Below are positions 1-13,273 of a stretch of 64,000 nucleotides of DNA, piece after piece; position 1 is the stretch's first letter, and the number at the start of each line of letters is the position of its first letter. The notes under the pieces were generated by a model. The model had not been told where the DNA came from. It did not search any database and saw only the letters and a program-made list of their open reading frames with translations. Origin of the DNA: Epithemia pelagica. Its lineage: Eukaryota > Protista > Bacillariophyta. The translations under genes were made by a program, and so were the position numbers. The DNA lies in NCBI GenBank assembly GCA_946965045.2, contig OX337232.1, positions 620,001 through 684,000 of the forward strand. Direction: 5' to 3'.

Positions 1-436
1 TGGCCGACACCAAGCCCAACCGAAAAGCCTGGCATGCAATACGTGACAGCACGCGTCGAATCTGATTATTGGCGGCACATGATTGTTTATCTAGTTAACG
101 GCAGTGATAAATAAATTACGGACGTACCATGTGCCTCGTCCATGCCCGGCGCGTTCGCGCTGACTCGTTACTAAATCCAATTAACGAAAGTACAATACAG
201 TTGTCCGAATCTTCCGCTGATTTTGTATTAGATAGCAAAATTTTTTAATGTTGGCGACCGTTGCTCCAGTTTGGGGCTGTAAACAAGATCGAGCAACGGA
301 TACCAAACCGTATCGGATGATCCATTCTCCCTCCAACCCGTCTCCGAACCTTCATTCTCTCGAAAGAAGAGTTGCAACCATTGCGGTCTCTATTCTCTAT
401 CGAAAAGAAAATATCCTTCCTTCTGCAATATACACA

Positions 437-1940
437 ATGACTCGAAATATGGGAACGTGGATCATCTTGTTGATCCTTAGTGCTGTTAGTTCTGGTGTAT
501 CGGCCTGGGATGTCTCGGCAAAGTCCACGGCAGGACGCCGCCTCTTGAAGAACGCGCAAAAGGTCGAGTACAACGAATCCGGAGACTTGGTAGTTGCCAA
601 CAGAAGGCTAGAAGATCAACAACAAGCTGAGGATGATGATGATGACTCCTGGGTCGCCCACATGTCGTTGAAATTTGACGCCTGTTACAACACGGTCATT
701 CTTTCCGAAAATGGAGGCCAAAATGGACAAAGTCCCATTGTCAATCAAGGTGTCGTCACCTTTCGCCTGTGCCAATCCTACAACTGCGACAAATGTTCGG
801 AGGGTGGCATTTACGCCATTGATTTGGCTGAGTTTGTATCCGCCTACTCGGCTGCCAAGATGGAAGAAAACCAGTACACGTGCCAAAGTATGCTACAAAG
901 CTGTGGCTGCTACAACGCAGATGACGAAGAAACCTGTGCCTACAAATGTTGGCAAAAGAATGGCCTAGAATATTGCTTCTACGACGATAATTTCCAATTT
1001 GAAAACTATTTGGAATGTGCACGTAAGTACTGCTTGAGATCTTTTTGTGGCATGACGAACTAGCCCTCGTGGTTGGTCCAAACTAATGTCTCAATCTTGT
1101 GATATTTTATTTGTTCCTACAGAAATGGAAGTCAATAACAACCAGAACAACAATAATCAAAATGGCAACTACTATTACCAATGGCAAAACAAAAATCAGG
1201 AAAACGACCAAAATGGTGCCTACAGTGGCTATCAAATCTATCCCAACTGGAATGGAAACTACTACGTGGGTCCCTACTGTGCCGCCGATGGAGAGTCCGT
1301 CTACTTGGGTGTCTTTTACGATGAAGGATGTTCCGTCAGTGCCGGAGACGGTGCCTATGCCACCATGAATTACGCCCAACTGCCCTATTCGGCTTCTTCC
1401 AAGGATGGTCCCATGGTCCCCTTGGATACTTGCATGTACTGTACCCAACGACAACAAAATGGTGGTGGCAACAACAACAACAACAATCGAGACAATAATA
1501 ATAATCAAGCTCAAGTATCCGAATTTTGTGCCGCCGTCTATGAAGATGCCGCCAAGTGCAACGCTAATGACAGCCAGGGCTGCCATTACATTAAAAAGTT
1601 TTTGCCCAAATTGAATGGTATTCGCTACGTTCGGTACATTGGTGCGCCCAACAACAACGTTCCCTTGGTTTTTGCCATTTTGTTTCTCTTGTCAACCGTT
1701 ACCTTTGGTGGATATTCCTTTTATCTCTATGCCAAGATTAAACGCGGAGAAGTGGAAATTTACGATGAAGATGACGAAGAGCCGCAAGCACAACCAAACG
1801 ACGGTACACCGGTCGTGACGGGACAAGAAAATACATTTGTCCCTCCCACACCCGTCGAACCGGCAGCCCCAGAGGAAGCTGCTGCAGATGTGCCTCCATC
1901 CGAATCACCACAAGAAACTACTGAAGCCAAGATTGTCTAA
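437..1940 (+). CDS. Silicanin-1-like type I membrane protein, copy A (2 exons; intron 1023-1122)
   Basis: Signal peptide (MGTWIILLILSAVSSGVSA), RRL motifs, Cys-rich luminal domain with N/Q-rich inserts, TM helix (VPLVFAILFLLSTVTFGGYSFYLY) and acidic tail. The GTAAGT...TACAG intron joins ORFs 248..1063 and 1086..1940 in frame (ECAQMEV). Architecture matches the diatom silicanin family from recall. Confidence 0.75.
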
Positions 1941-3048
1941 AATGCTCCCACAAGAAGCGGACAGTCCTCGGCGTTCTCGCAGAGTATGGGATGGTGGTGA
2001 TTGGATGATTTTATCTGATGATGTAAACATGATGGATGAATATTATGATGACAAGTGGAGCGATTTTTCTATGTGATGCTGTTGTACCCTTACATAAACT
2101 AGTTTTATGAGTTAGTAGTAGTAGAACTTTTCCTGTTACCAGAATGCAATGGTGCGTTTGTAAGTCGATACCACACAACAACACGTACCTGTAGAAGAAC
2201 TTACAACAAGACAGGCGGGAACGTTCTGTGACAGTGGTACGAGAATAAATTCTCTCTTATCCGTCAAGAGCCTGGAGATAGCATTCACTGCCATGGTTGA
2301 TCAAATAATGTCGATTGTCGGTACAGTTTACTCCAAGGTACAAGTGTCTCTAGGAAGAAGGTACTGGTAGAACTACGGTAATCCTCCTACTCCCTCTAGA
2401 CTACTCCGAGGATCTGGTTTCGGGAACGGGTAGCTCTTACTCATGTCTGGCGTGACTGCACTCATTCCCGGTTGTGTCGTGTCTGGATACGCTCGCTGAA
2501 TTGGCATAGTCGTTGGATGATCGCTCGCTTCATCGGATCCTTGGGCGACGCAGCACGTGCCAGCGTCATGCCAAGTACGTAATCCCTGACGGTACAAATG
2601 AATATATTCATAGAAACAATAAATTTGAAAACTAATTTCGCGAGGGGGTTTGTATTTCATTCCATATCCCCTAAATTTAGAAAATTGGCGAGGGCTTTGG
2701 CCGGCGTGAGGAGGGTTGGATGCAATAATTCCATCGCCCCACGAACGCCAACGCCGCTACGACGTGCGCTAAAGTTTCGAAAATTCTCTAATTGTTTGTC
2801 GATAGATCCGTTAGACATCTATGTATTTATCACGGCAATAGCACCACCCAATTTTTGACGGTCCGCCGAGCGGTTGAAGGACGTCCTAACGGATACCTCT
2901 TTAAGTATCTGTTGTTTGCCAACGGATGAGCCGAGCGCATTGGATTCAACGCAAAGGCCCTCTCGGTCAAGCCTCGTTGAGTATGCTCAAAACTTTTGGA
3001 TCACGGAATTTAGTGCATCATTGTCATCTTGTAGTCATCGGTTTCACC

Positions 3049-4399
3049 ATGTTGTGCCTTTCTATCATCGGTTTGGTCATGTCGACGGCGTCTGCCATAA
3101 GCATCAGCGCCAACTCTCCTGCTGGACAACGTTTGTTGAAGAAGTCCACCTTGGTTGAGGAAGGTCGTCGTTTGGAGAACAACAACAATGTCGAGAACGC
3201 CATTGCCGGGCTCAAGCTCCGTTACGTGGGTTGCCATAACCTTCTCCAAATGGCCGAAGGTGGCGGCGGTGGTGAAGATGGCAGTCCGGTCGAAAACGGT
3301 GCCGTCATCACCTTTGAACTTGCCAGTTCCTGCAGCGGTGGCTACTACGGAAAGTACGCTTGCCCCATGCAAGACTTTATGGACTCGTACACCGAATCCA
3401 TGTTGAACGAACGTGAATGGCGCTGTGAAAACTTCCGCGAAAACTACTGCGGCTACTGCGAAGGAAACGACAACAACAATGGAAACAACAACAACAACGG
3501 TAACTACAACGGTAACGGTTACTACTCCTGTGAACAGGAATGCTTCATGAACGGCTATGACCCTGACACTAACGAAAACATGGCCAGCTGCTACCAAGAA
3601 GAACAACAAGATGGACAAGAAGAATTCGAAATCCAACGTTATTTGGAATGTGCTGGTAAGTGTTCGGATCCTTGTGCTATGTGTGCTACCTCGGTTAATC
3701 TCTCACACTATATACTCGTTCTCAGAAATGGAACAGAACAACAATAACAACAACAACAACAATGGTGGAGGAAATAACAACAACTGGAACTGGGGCGATG
3801 ACAGTGCTCCTTACGGCTGGGATGGCCAATACCGTGTGGGTGCCTACTGTGCTGACGATGGCAAGTCCATCTACTTGGGTGTCTTTTACGATGATGGATG
3901 CAGCATGCGTGGATCCACCTCTCTCTACTCCAGTATGAACTATGGTGCCAGTCTTCCCTACTCCAATGAACCTATCATCCCTCTCAGCGCCTGCATTGAC
4001 TGTAACGACCCACAAGCAGAAGCCGAAAACAACAACAATGGCAACGGAAATAATAATAACAACAACAACAATGGAAACAACCAGCAGTGGAACAACATGG
4101 AACCCCGTGAATTCTGCATCCAATCGTACGAACAAGCGGCCAAGTGCGAGAAGAACGTCAACGGATCTCCCTTTTACTACCCCTACACCAGTGGATGTAA
4201 CTTTATCGACGACTACTTGCCCCACATTTCTTCCTCCTCCTTCATGTTCTCGGCTGGATCTGGCAGCAAGGCTTCTTTGATCTTTGCCTGGCTCTTTGGT
4301 ATCACCACCATCCTCTTTGGTGCCTACGCCTACTTTTTGTACCGCAAGATCAAGCGAGGTGGTGCTGGATTGGCCAGCCAAGAGGGTTCTTTGGCCTAA
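3049..4399 (+). CDS. Silicanin-1-like type I membrane protein, copy B (2 exons; intron 3656-3725)
   Basis: Signal peptide, RRL site (GRRLENNNN), Cys-rich and NG/N-rich luminal domain, TM helix and ~20-aa tail YRKIKRGGAGLASQEGSLA. The intron is at the same codon position and phase as in copy A. Both share YLECA and YC..DG.S.YLGVFYD.GCS blocks. Confidence 0.8.
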
Positions 4400-4866
4400 G
4401 TTCCTCAAGAACAATGAAGGAATGATTCAAAAAGTTTTGGGAAGACACTTTGCAGGTACCGATGCAATGTTGTTGAGATTAGGAACTGTTTCTCACGACT
4501 GCGACGATGACAAGGCCTGGAAGTGTTTTAAGTGGAGGATGAAGGGTGAAGCTGTATGTGTTGACTGCTCATCTATTTTAAAGAACAAAAAATGCATTAA
4601 TTAGGAAAAGCGAAATTTAAGCGACAAATGTGTTCAACAAGCAGTAGTAGTAGCTCCGATATAGATCGGGGGTTGTAGCTGACTTCGATGTCGCTAGACC
4701 ACCGTTTGGACAAGAAGAGCGTTCTACAATCATACAACGAGGAAGAAGTCAACCATTCGTATTCCAAATGTCTCCTTTTACAACTACTCTAGAGAACTGT
4801 GCGTGTTTTGCGCCACTCGAATCGTTACAAAAACCTGTCATCCGCCCACCTGAACGATCCATGGTC

Positions 4867-5988
4867 TTACACGGGCATTTTCTGCGGGGTAGCAAAACGT
4901 CAGGAACAATGCGTTAGATAGGAGCCTCTGCTTCGTGGAGACCCGGCACTAATGAACCACTCTCTGTCATGCGTAAACACCACACAACAACGACTCCCAA
5001 AGACTAAACAAGCCATTCCTTTGTCAACGTACCGTAAAGGTTTGTGTTTCCACCAACGAGATACCCTCGATGGCTTCCAACTTGGCCAAAACGTCGGCTT
5101 CGGGTTTAAATTCAGCTCCTTCCCAATCCCCAAACTTTTCGGCGTCCAAGGAGGTAATCACCTGGCAGTCATAACCATTACAACAACAACAACAAAATGG
5201 ATTATTCATTTGAGTGATTCTGTCCTTCGATCCATGTAACAACAACAATAACGACAATACTATCTCTTGCTGCATCCTGCAGTACAATCCCACATTTTGT
5301 TCAAGGTAAGGTTACTTTCAATCTCTAATACATCGTCGCACGATGTATTTGAAATTCAAATACATCGTCGTACGATGTATTAGATATTGAAAGTAACCTT
5401 ACCCTTAACAAGGGAAAGAATCCATCGGCTTTGGATCGGAAACTCCGATGGGACAATTTCTGCCTTCCTTTCGTGTCCGTGGATTCCAACAACGACGTAC
5501 CTTAAAGTCCAAGCCTGTGTGCGTATATGATCGGTTCACCATTTCATTCCAGACAGGATATCGAGAAATTCCATGCAGCAAACCAAGAACCAAACAATCG
5601 GTTGAGAAACAGACACCACTGCCGAATTCACAGCAACACACCCTGGTTCGCTCTCTCTCTCCTCTCGTTACGAACTTGTGCACTGGAGGACGACCCAATC
5701 CACAGTGTTTCCCCAATGTCACGAAAAACAAACAATCCCTGCCTCGAGTCTACACTTTATTGAAATCATGCCCAACACAACACTCGACTTACATCCTCCA
5801 CAGACAATGCGTTCGACCGACTTGACACCGTCGACGGCTTTGAGATCGGCCAAGACACTGTCCAAGATTTTTTGGGCTTCGACCAAACTGGCCTTGTCAT
5901 TGTCCGGACTCCATTTGCAACGCCATTCGCGAGCAACGGTATCAAATTCCACGCCCTCGGCAATGGTCACTCCCAAGGCCGACGACAT
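4867..5988 (-). CDS. Small conserved hypothetical protein (~117 aa), 4 exons: 5988-5793, 5514-5501, 5161-5033, 4881-4867
   Basis: Canonical GT-AG junctions splice into one frame: ...EGVEFDTVAREWRCKW...VERIVCGGCLDFKVITSLDAEKFGDWEGAEFKPE...ETQTFTKMPV*. The 5' end is uncertain; a signal-peptide-like exon MKLSVLLALIWSTVAS lies near 6250-6295. Confidence 0.75.
5303..5406. mobile_element. Near-perfect ~104-bp palindrome (MITE/foldback-like) inside an intron
   Basis: Left arm AAGGTAAGGTTACTTTCAATCTCTAATACATCGT... is the near reverse complement of ...ACGATGTATTAGATATTGAAAGTAACCTTACCCTT. Each arm also holds its own AATACATCGT-nnn-ACGATGTATT hairpin. Confidence 0.6.
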
Positions 5989-7580
5989 GGATCGGGGTTG
6001 AGGAGTCACACCGACAAAGGCCTATCGAATTCATACACATGTGTGTATGGGCGATTGCCATGCCCGTATGAAATCCAGAACGTACGACAGGAGCGGGGAA
6101 AGACAGAGAAAACGTGAGAAACAGCTTGTTGCCGACAAGTTTGGAGTCGTCCCAGTCGACAAGCATCGTTTTCGACAGTATAGATCCTTCCAAGAAAGGC
6201 GGCGGAGGAGACGGACGACAAGAGACAACCACACCGATACGTACCGAAGCGACTGTGGACCAGATAAGCGCCAAGAGAACCGAAAGCTTCATTGTAGTAG
6301 TAGTACTTGTTTGTTTTTGTGGTTGGTTTCCGAACAAAAGATCACCCACTTGCAATAGATGAGGTCGTTGCTATTGTTGTGTTTGACACCTCTTGGAGAC
6401 TTGTGGAAACAAAGATTCCAGCCGACTGACGTCATAGAAATCCTTTGTGCGACCAATAATTTGGGGGCATCAAGTGTTTCGACCCTGAAACATGTGCCCC
6501 CAGAGATAAGACGCCCCCTCCTTTGATAGAAGCAGCTGCTTTTCCAAAAAAAGTGTTTTGGATGCATCTTTTTTTTCTTTCTTTTTTTTATTCGCATCGT
6601 CGCTCGTTTTGTTTCGTTCCTTTGCACCTTGGGCCGTTGCGTTTGTTGCGGTTGGCCGTAGGAGAGAGACAGAGAGTTCTCTGGTACACTGTCGATCCTC
6701 ATCCTTGCTCCTTGCTTACCCTGGTGGAACAAGAACAAGAACAAGAACAAGAAGAACGACTGCGGCTGCAGTTTGATTTTCTATTATATCGCCTCTAAGA
6801 TACGGTGTCTCGCAATTGGCAACTCCACCTTTGGAGGAGTCCTTGCACCTCTTCTTCTGTTACCCATCTCGGCGCACAAACTCTTGACCACACGACAACG
6901 ACGACAACAACGACGACGATATGTCATTGAACTAAACGCTCGACAAAACCCATTACCACCACAGCCAAACCACTACCAACAACAACATCAAGTCTTGCTT
7001 TCTTTCTGTGGTAAGTTGCAGCTGAATCCGAACAAGCCAAACCACAAACTCGACCGCAACCCACAACGATACGATACAATACGAGTTTTTGGGTTGCGTG
7101 CCAATCAATCGACGCACCGTGCTATCGAGCAGTATTGGTCTACTCCTAGAAAGAGAATCATCTCTAGTGCAACGACAAGCAAAACAAGACACAACAACAA
7201 CAACAAAAGGCTGACAAGGCAAGAAAGAATTCTCTCAACTCTTTGGTGTCTTTTGGAAAGACCGGCTTGTTCTAACTGTGGAGACTGGGTGCTCTTTGGA
7301 TCGAACCAACCACCAACACTCCCTCTACTAATACAGAACTACTACTGCGAATAGAGTTCTATCCATCATCAGTCCACAACAACACCAACAGACGACAAAG
7401 TACTAGTATCCAAGGAAAAACAGCAATTTGTTTTTCCAAACAAACGTGTGTTTGGTAAAGACGTTTGTTCTATTGTATCCTATATCGAGTGGGCGACTTC
7501 CAAACAACAACAACAACGCAACGCTGTTCAACCAACAACCCCCAATACTACTTTACTACTCCAAAGATTGATTCTTCACC

Positions 7581-10500
7581 ATGACGACGTTACAGGCGAT
7601 TGGCTTTAATTTAATGGCTGGATGTTCCTTGGGTGCCTTGGCCATGGTGGGTTTTGGTTGGGCCGTTTCGCAACGACACGAATTTGTGGCACCGCGATGT
7701 GCCGCTCGACCCAAATCTGTCATTTATCCCGGTCCCATGCATCCTGGCTTGTATTATGACAATGGAAGTCGCCGGTTCAATCCGGTCGTGGACTTTATTC
7801 CCTGGACCCTCAGTTTAACCTACGATACGCTCCTCCGGGGAGTGCCGGGAACCGGCACTCGACATCGTGGACAAGCCGGAGCCTTGTTGCAAGTCAATTT
7901 GGATGCCATTGTCTTGTTGCGATTTCATGCCCTCTGTCTCAAATTGGCCGCCGTGGCCTCGATATTGTTTTTGTTGGTCTTGCTACCCATGTATGTCACC
8001 GGGGAGGAATGTCACTTGTACGATGGTACCTCTAGCAGTACGACCACTCTATGGTCCAATAGGACGACTGCCCAACAACAACAACAACAAGAGGATGAGG
8101 AAGATATTCCTCCGTGTTCGTACAATTTGACCAATTACGAACGTACCACCATTGCCAATGTACCGGGTGGTTTTGACGAAGGTACCGGTGTCCAAGTTCG
8201 AGATCAAAATCAATCCAGTTCCGTCCGATTGTATTTTGCCGTCTTTTGTTTTTGGATACTGCAAGGCTATTTGTTACACTTGTTGCGAAGAGAATGGATT
8301 GAATTGTTGGCGCTCCGACGTGTCTATTATTTGGAAGCCAATGTCTGGCAAGATCGACAAGATGAATTGGCCGAAATTCAACCTCATCAACAAGCACAAG
8401 AAGCCCAGCGACGCAAATTTCTCAAACGACAACGACGTCGACAGCAACGACGAGCCGCGCAAATGACGTCCGTCATTAATGCCAATTATCAAACGTCCTA
8501 CATGGAGCATCGACATGCCGCTCAAGATGAAGACGACGACGAGGAAGACGGCCTCCAGGACGACAACAATGACGAGGAAGAAGAAGCCTGGGAAGAGCAA
8601 TTTATAGAAGAGGAGCAAGAAGAAGATTATCAACGGTTAAATGTCCGAGACCCGTGGATTCCGCACCCGGAACATCGCAATACAGTTCCTAACGTTCAAT
8701 TGTACAGTGTCATGGTGGGTGGCTTGCCGGCATTGCCACCTCCTCCTGAACCAACCATGGCAACCACCGATCCTTCGGGGCGAAGTGGAACCGCAGGAGC
8801 TCCCGAACTGGCACACGAATTGTCAACCGTGGCCTTGGCTGCAGCTGCCGTAGCCGTGGGAGTATCCACTTCCAATGTGGGAACGACATCCAGTCAACCA
8901 CGACCAGCACCAGCACCCCGCATGCACACGAGTAGTATTCCCGAAGAACAGGAGGAACACGAAGTTCCCACAGCCTTGGTTTCTTCCACCTCGGGACCTG
9001 GCGGATCCTCGACACCTGTTTCCGTGAGCAATCATTCACAACCGCAACAGCATCAACCACAAGAAGCACCGCCCTTGCAACGTCGCTCGGTCGATTGGCA
9101 TTTGGCCTTGACGGCCGCCTTTTTCGATCATTGTGTCCCCAATCAACCCGGTTTTTCCAGTAGTGTAGCGGCCGTGACCGTCTTGCCTTCCTCCAAGGCC
9201 ATTGCCTCGGCCTGGCGGAAATGGTACAAGGCGGCCAGTAAACATCGACGATTGCGATTCTTACGACGCGCCATGGATTTGAAATTGCAACAAGAATATC
9301 AAGAACAACAAGCCGAATTAAAACGGCAACAAAGCATGTTTCGCAAGCAATCACAACAACAACTCAAGGAAGAGGAGGAGGAAGAAGAACCACCCCCGCC
9401 GCCACCTCCTCCTCCACCAAGAGCATCCTCACCACCGCCTCCCCCTCCACCACCTTTGCCCAACACGAATGGCCCACGCATGAAGGATGGTATGGATTAC
9501 GATCCAGTGCCACCCCCACCACCCGACAGTGAAGATGAAGTTAGCAGCAACAGTCACCCAGTCGGGAAAGAAGAAGAAGAAGAAGAAGAGGATAATGAAG
9601 AAGACACGCAAGAAGAAGAAGAAGAAGAAAACGAAGGCAAGCTCAGCCGGGTGGAACCATCCCGAGATGCCCAAGACATCGTCATTCCTCACGAACTAGG
9701 TGACTCGGTCGAGGTTGTGCCATCCAGTGGCGGTGAGGGTACCAATGACCTCACCGATGTGGACATGACACCAACTAAGGGCGGAGGAGCAATGAGTGAA
9801 CCACAAGGCCATCGATCACAAGAGGAAAAAGAAGAAGAGGAAATGGATTCTAACATGAGCAGTCTCCAAGCTAGCCAGGATGGAATGGAAGAGCCCGTCT
9901 CGGCCCTTCCACCTTTTGCTTCTTCTGCTGCCAAGGAACGGCGCACCCACAAACGCATCAAGAGTCGAAGACCGGGCGACACGCAATCGGTTCAGTCGAG
10001 TCCCAACTCAGCTGTCATCCCCCATGACACTCGAAGCACGCGATCTCATCAGTTTCGTGGTGGTGGACCAGGAGTCAGCCGAATCATGGTGCCTGGCACA
10101 CCCTCCACCATTCAGTTTAATTACGAAGAAGATGTGGTGGTACCGGAGCCCATTCTTTCCGAAAAGAGCCATGACGAAACCACCATCAAGACTCCCTATT
10201 CGGTCAAGGACAATATCACCACCGCCGGGGCCGGTTCGCAAACGACCGACGACGACCCAGATCATTCCAATAGCAACAACAACAATACGAACCGTCCCAG
10301 CCGTAGGAGCAGCAGTGTACGGGAGGACAGGGCCAACCGAAGAGACAGCAACAAAGGTCATGCATTTGGTCCAGAACAATATGCCATTTACTCACGTGAA
10401 TACGCCCAAGCAGCTGCACCCTGTTGTCCCAATGGATGTTGCGAAAATGCTATTTTGAATCACTGTACCTTGGAGGAATTAAAACTGCTGGAATTTGAGG

Positions 10501-13273
10501 CTATAATGGAAGTTCGGAAGGCCAACGAAGAGTTGTTTCTGGAACAACAAAAGGCCAAAGAGATTTACCAACAAATGTACTACCCCAACGTTGAAGTCAA
10601 CCCTACTCCAACTGACTCCGCACCACGAGGTGGTGGTGGTACAACAGCGCCGCCTCGTCGTGCACCAGAACCAAACGTACAACCGAAACATGTACGAGGC
10701 AAGCCCAAAACACGATCCGATCCGCTCTTGGATGACGAACCGACGACGCGAGAGTTGTCCATCGCTACGCCTTCGACCTATGTCCGCTCGTCGCTTCGGG
10801 AACGAAGAAAAACAAAGCGACAATCGAGCTCGCAAGAAATGGGTCTTGAAGAACGACTCTACCGGACCACAGATTTGTACCGCAAAGACAATCGCCAGCA
10901 CAATAGCGAGTCGGAAGATGATCGGGATGGATCCAGTTCGGCTCTGAATTCCACCATGCGATCATCCAGTCGGAGTGTGGCCAAGACGCACTGGGACAAG
11001 GTCAAATATATTGTCTCCTCCATGCATCATGAACTCAATGGTAGTCGCAGCAAGCAGAAAAAGAAGAATGGAAAGTCAACAGATCATTTACCGGCAATCA
11101 CAGGAGCGTGGGAATGGCCCAAGTTGGGCGATGTTTGGGGTGGAACCAAGGATACAGCCGGTGCTACAACCTTGAATGCGGCTGGTTTGGTGGAGGGCTT
11201 GATTGACATGTCCCGAGAGTCCACATACGCTGTTGTCACCTTTACGTCTCGACAAGCTGCCGTGGCGGCCCGCCAATGTTTGGCCGATGGCCGTGCGACA
11301 GGCCGATGGAGGACGGGACATGAGTTGCCCATTCCGCCTCTGGCCGATGCCGCCGCCTGTGATCTATTCATGTTTCGGAATTGTTGTCGTCCCGTCACCT
11401 TGTCCATTGATGAACGACAAAAAACGCAACGACATTATACGTACGTATTTAGGGTTGTTATGATGTCAAAATTTCGCATACTCGAGTTCTAATTCCAATG
11501 TACTTTTTCACAGTGTCGTTCTTCTTCTGGTCGCCTTTTATGTCATGTCACCCTTTGCCCTTTCGCTGTTTACCTCACTGCTCAATCCACAGGCTTTGGA
11601 AGAGACAATGCCCAAGTTGTTTCGATGGCTCGAGGTATGAAAATGAAAAACGAGTGCGCCAATTGTTTCGGGAGCAACATGTATCTAAACGTTTTCTCTC
11701 GTTCTTGTTTGAAGTCCCGCTTTGGGAATGGGATATCCGAAACTATCGCAGGGTTTATTCAATCGTCACTATACACGCTTTTCTTTGCATTGTGCCCCGT
11801 GTTCTTCAAGGCGTTGGCCAACTTTGGTTCCAGTTCCGCCAGTGTGGCAAATGCTGAACTAAAAGCCTTGCAGTACTTTTGGTGGTTCATGGTACTGTCC
11901 GCTTTTTGGGGTACCCTTATTGCACAAATGATTCTCTCTGGTGTGAATGGGGGACTGGGAGGGGGTGAAGTACGAACGATCCTGCTGGAAATGGCAAGGG
12001 CCATTCCATCAGCAACTGGTACGTTGAGGGCTTCTCTAGTTTGGTGCTTTCAAACTTTTCTAACCCTTCTTGGTTCACATTCAGCTGCTACTTGGTTAAA
12101 TTGGATCAACTTGCGAACCACATTTGTGATAACGGCACAGTATCTCTTACAGATGCCAACGTTCTTGTACTCGTTTGCCGGTATGAAGTGTTGTTCCAGA
12201 CTCACTCGAGGAGGAGGTACGTCGACGAGGTTGTAGTCCCTGGCCTCTTGCTGCACCAGTCTTGCTGATTTGCATTGCGTCCCCGCTGATTTTCATCTCT
12301 AGGTGCTGGTCCACCAACGCCCTACCGTCTGTTTGTCGATTCTGGAATGGTGCTTCTTTCGTTGGTGGCGCTGGGTCCTTCTTCCCCGTTGATTGGACCC
12401 GCGTCATTCCTTTACTTTCTGTGGACTCAGCCCGTCCTTCGGCGCTGTGCCATTTATGTGTACCGGCCAAAGTTTGATGGAGGAGGCTTGCGATGGCCCT
12501 TTGTCTATGACATGTCCATTTCGGCCTTGTTGGTGGGTCACATTCTGTTGACGCTCCAAATGATTTTGAAGGAAGCCACGGGTCCCGCCATTTTGGCGTC
12601 GCTTCCCATGATTGTGACCTTGCTTTCCTACCGCAACAATCGCAAACAGTTTCTTGGATCCTTCAATGACGCGGCGCTCTTGCAAACGGCCTTGTTGGAT
12701 GGGTGGGATGCAGCGGAAGAATCGAGCATGGAGAAACGAGAAGATTTCCGTCGTTTCTTGGTGGATGCTCACAAGGCGGCCTATGTTCCAGTGTGTTTGG
12801 CTGGACCCGAAAAAGCCTCCTTGACATCGGAACCTGCCGTGGTGGTGCCTCTCGAGACGGATTTAGGAGCAGCCGAACACGATGTTGCATTAGAGCCACA
12901 CGATGAAGAGGAGGAGGAAGATGATGATGACAATGACGAAATGACACCTCTTTCTCCAGACCGAGCATCCAACGACGCGGCAGAGAATAACAATAACAAC
13001 AACAGTACTGCCATGGCAGAACAGCAAGTGTTGGAGAATAGCAAGAAGCAGTATGGAGCCATGCTGCGACGAGCCGTCAAAACGATTCAAGTGTTGCAAT
13101 CCAAAGCCAACGAAGCCAAACACACAGTCAATAGTCAACAACCACCTTCAGGGACCGAAGCAGCTTCAGCCACTGTCGCTGCTGCTGCTGTAGATGAAGA
13201 AACTGGAACCATTGCAAGCAAAGAATCATCCACTGCTCCTTGGCCATTGGATTCCCTCAAGGAAGAACCTTGA
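7581..13273 (+). CDS. OSCA/TMEM63 (CSC1-like) mechanosensitive channel with very large low-complexity insertions; several 3' introns (e.g. 11441-11514)
   Basis: N-terminal TM helices with an LDAIVLLRF-type block, cytosolic-domain islands (LYSVMVGGLP; YAVVTFTSRQAA), and C-terminal multi-TM blocks (LCPVFFKALA, AELKALQYFWWF, YVYRPKFDGGGLRWP, MILKEATGPA). Confidence 0.85.

Noticed and set aside
2560-2860. AT-rich patch with a 14-bp palindrome ATGAATATATTCAT, possible MITE
   Set aside because: No terminal inverted repeats or TSD could be identified.
6773-7354. 193-aa ORF upstream of the OSCA gene
   Set aside because: Alternative start codon, CAA-rich UTR/promoter-type sequence and no domain.
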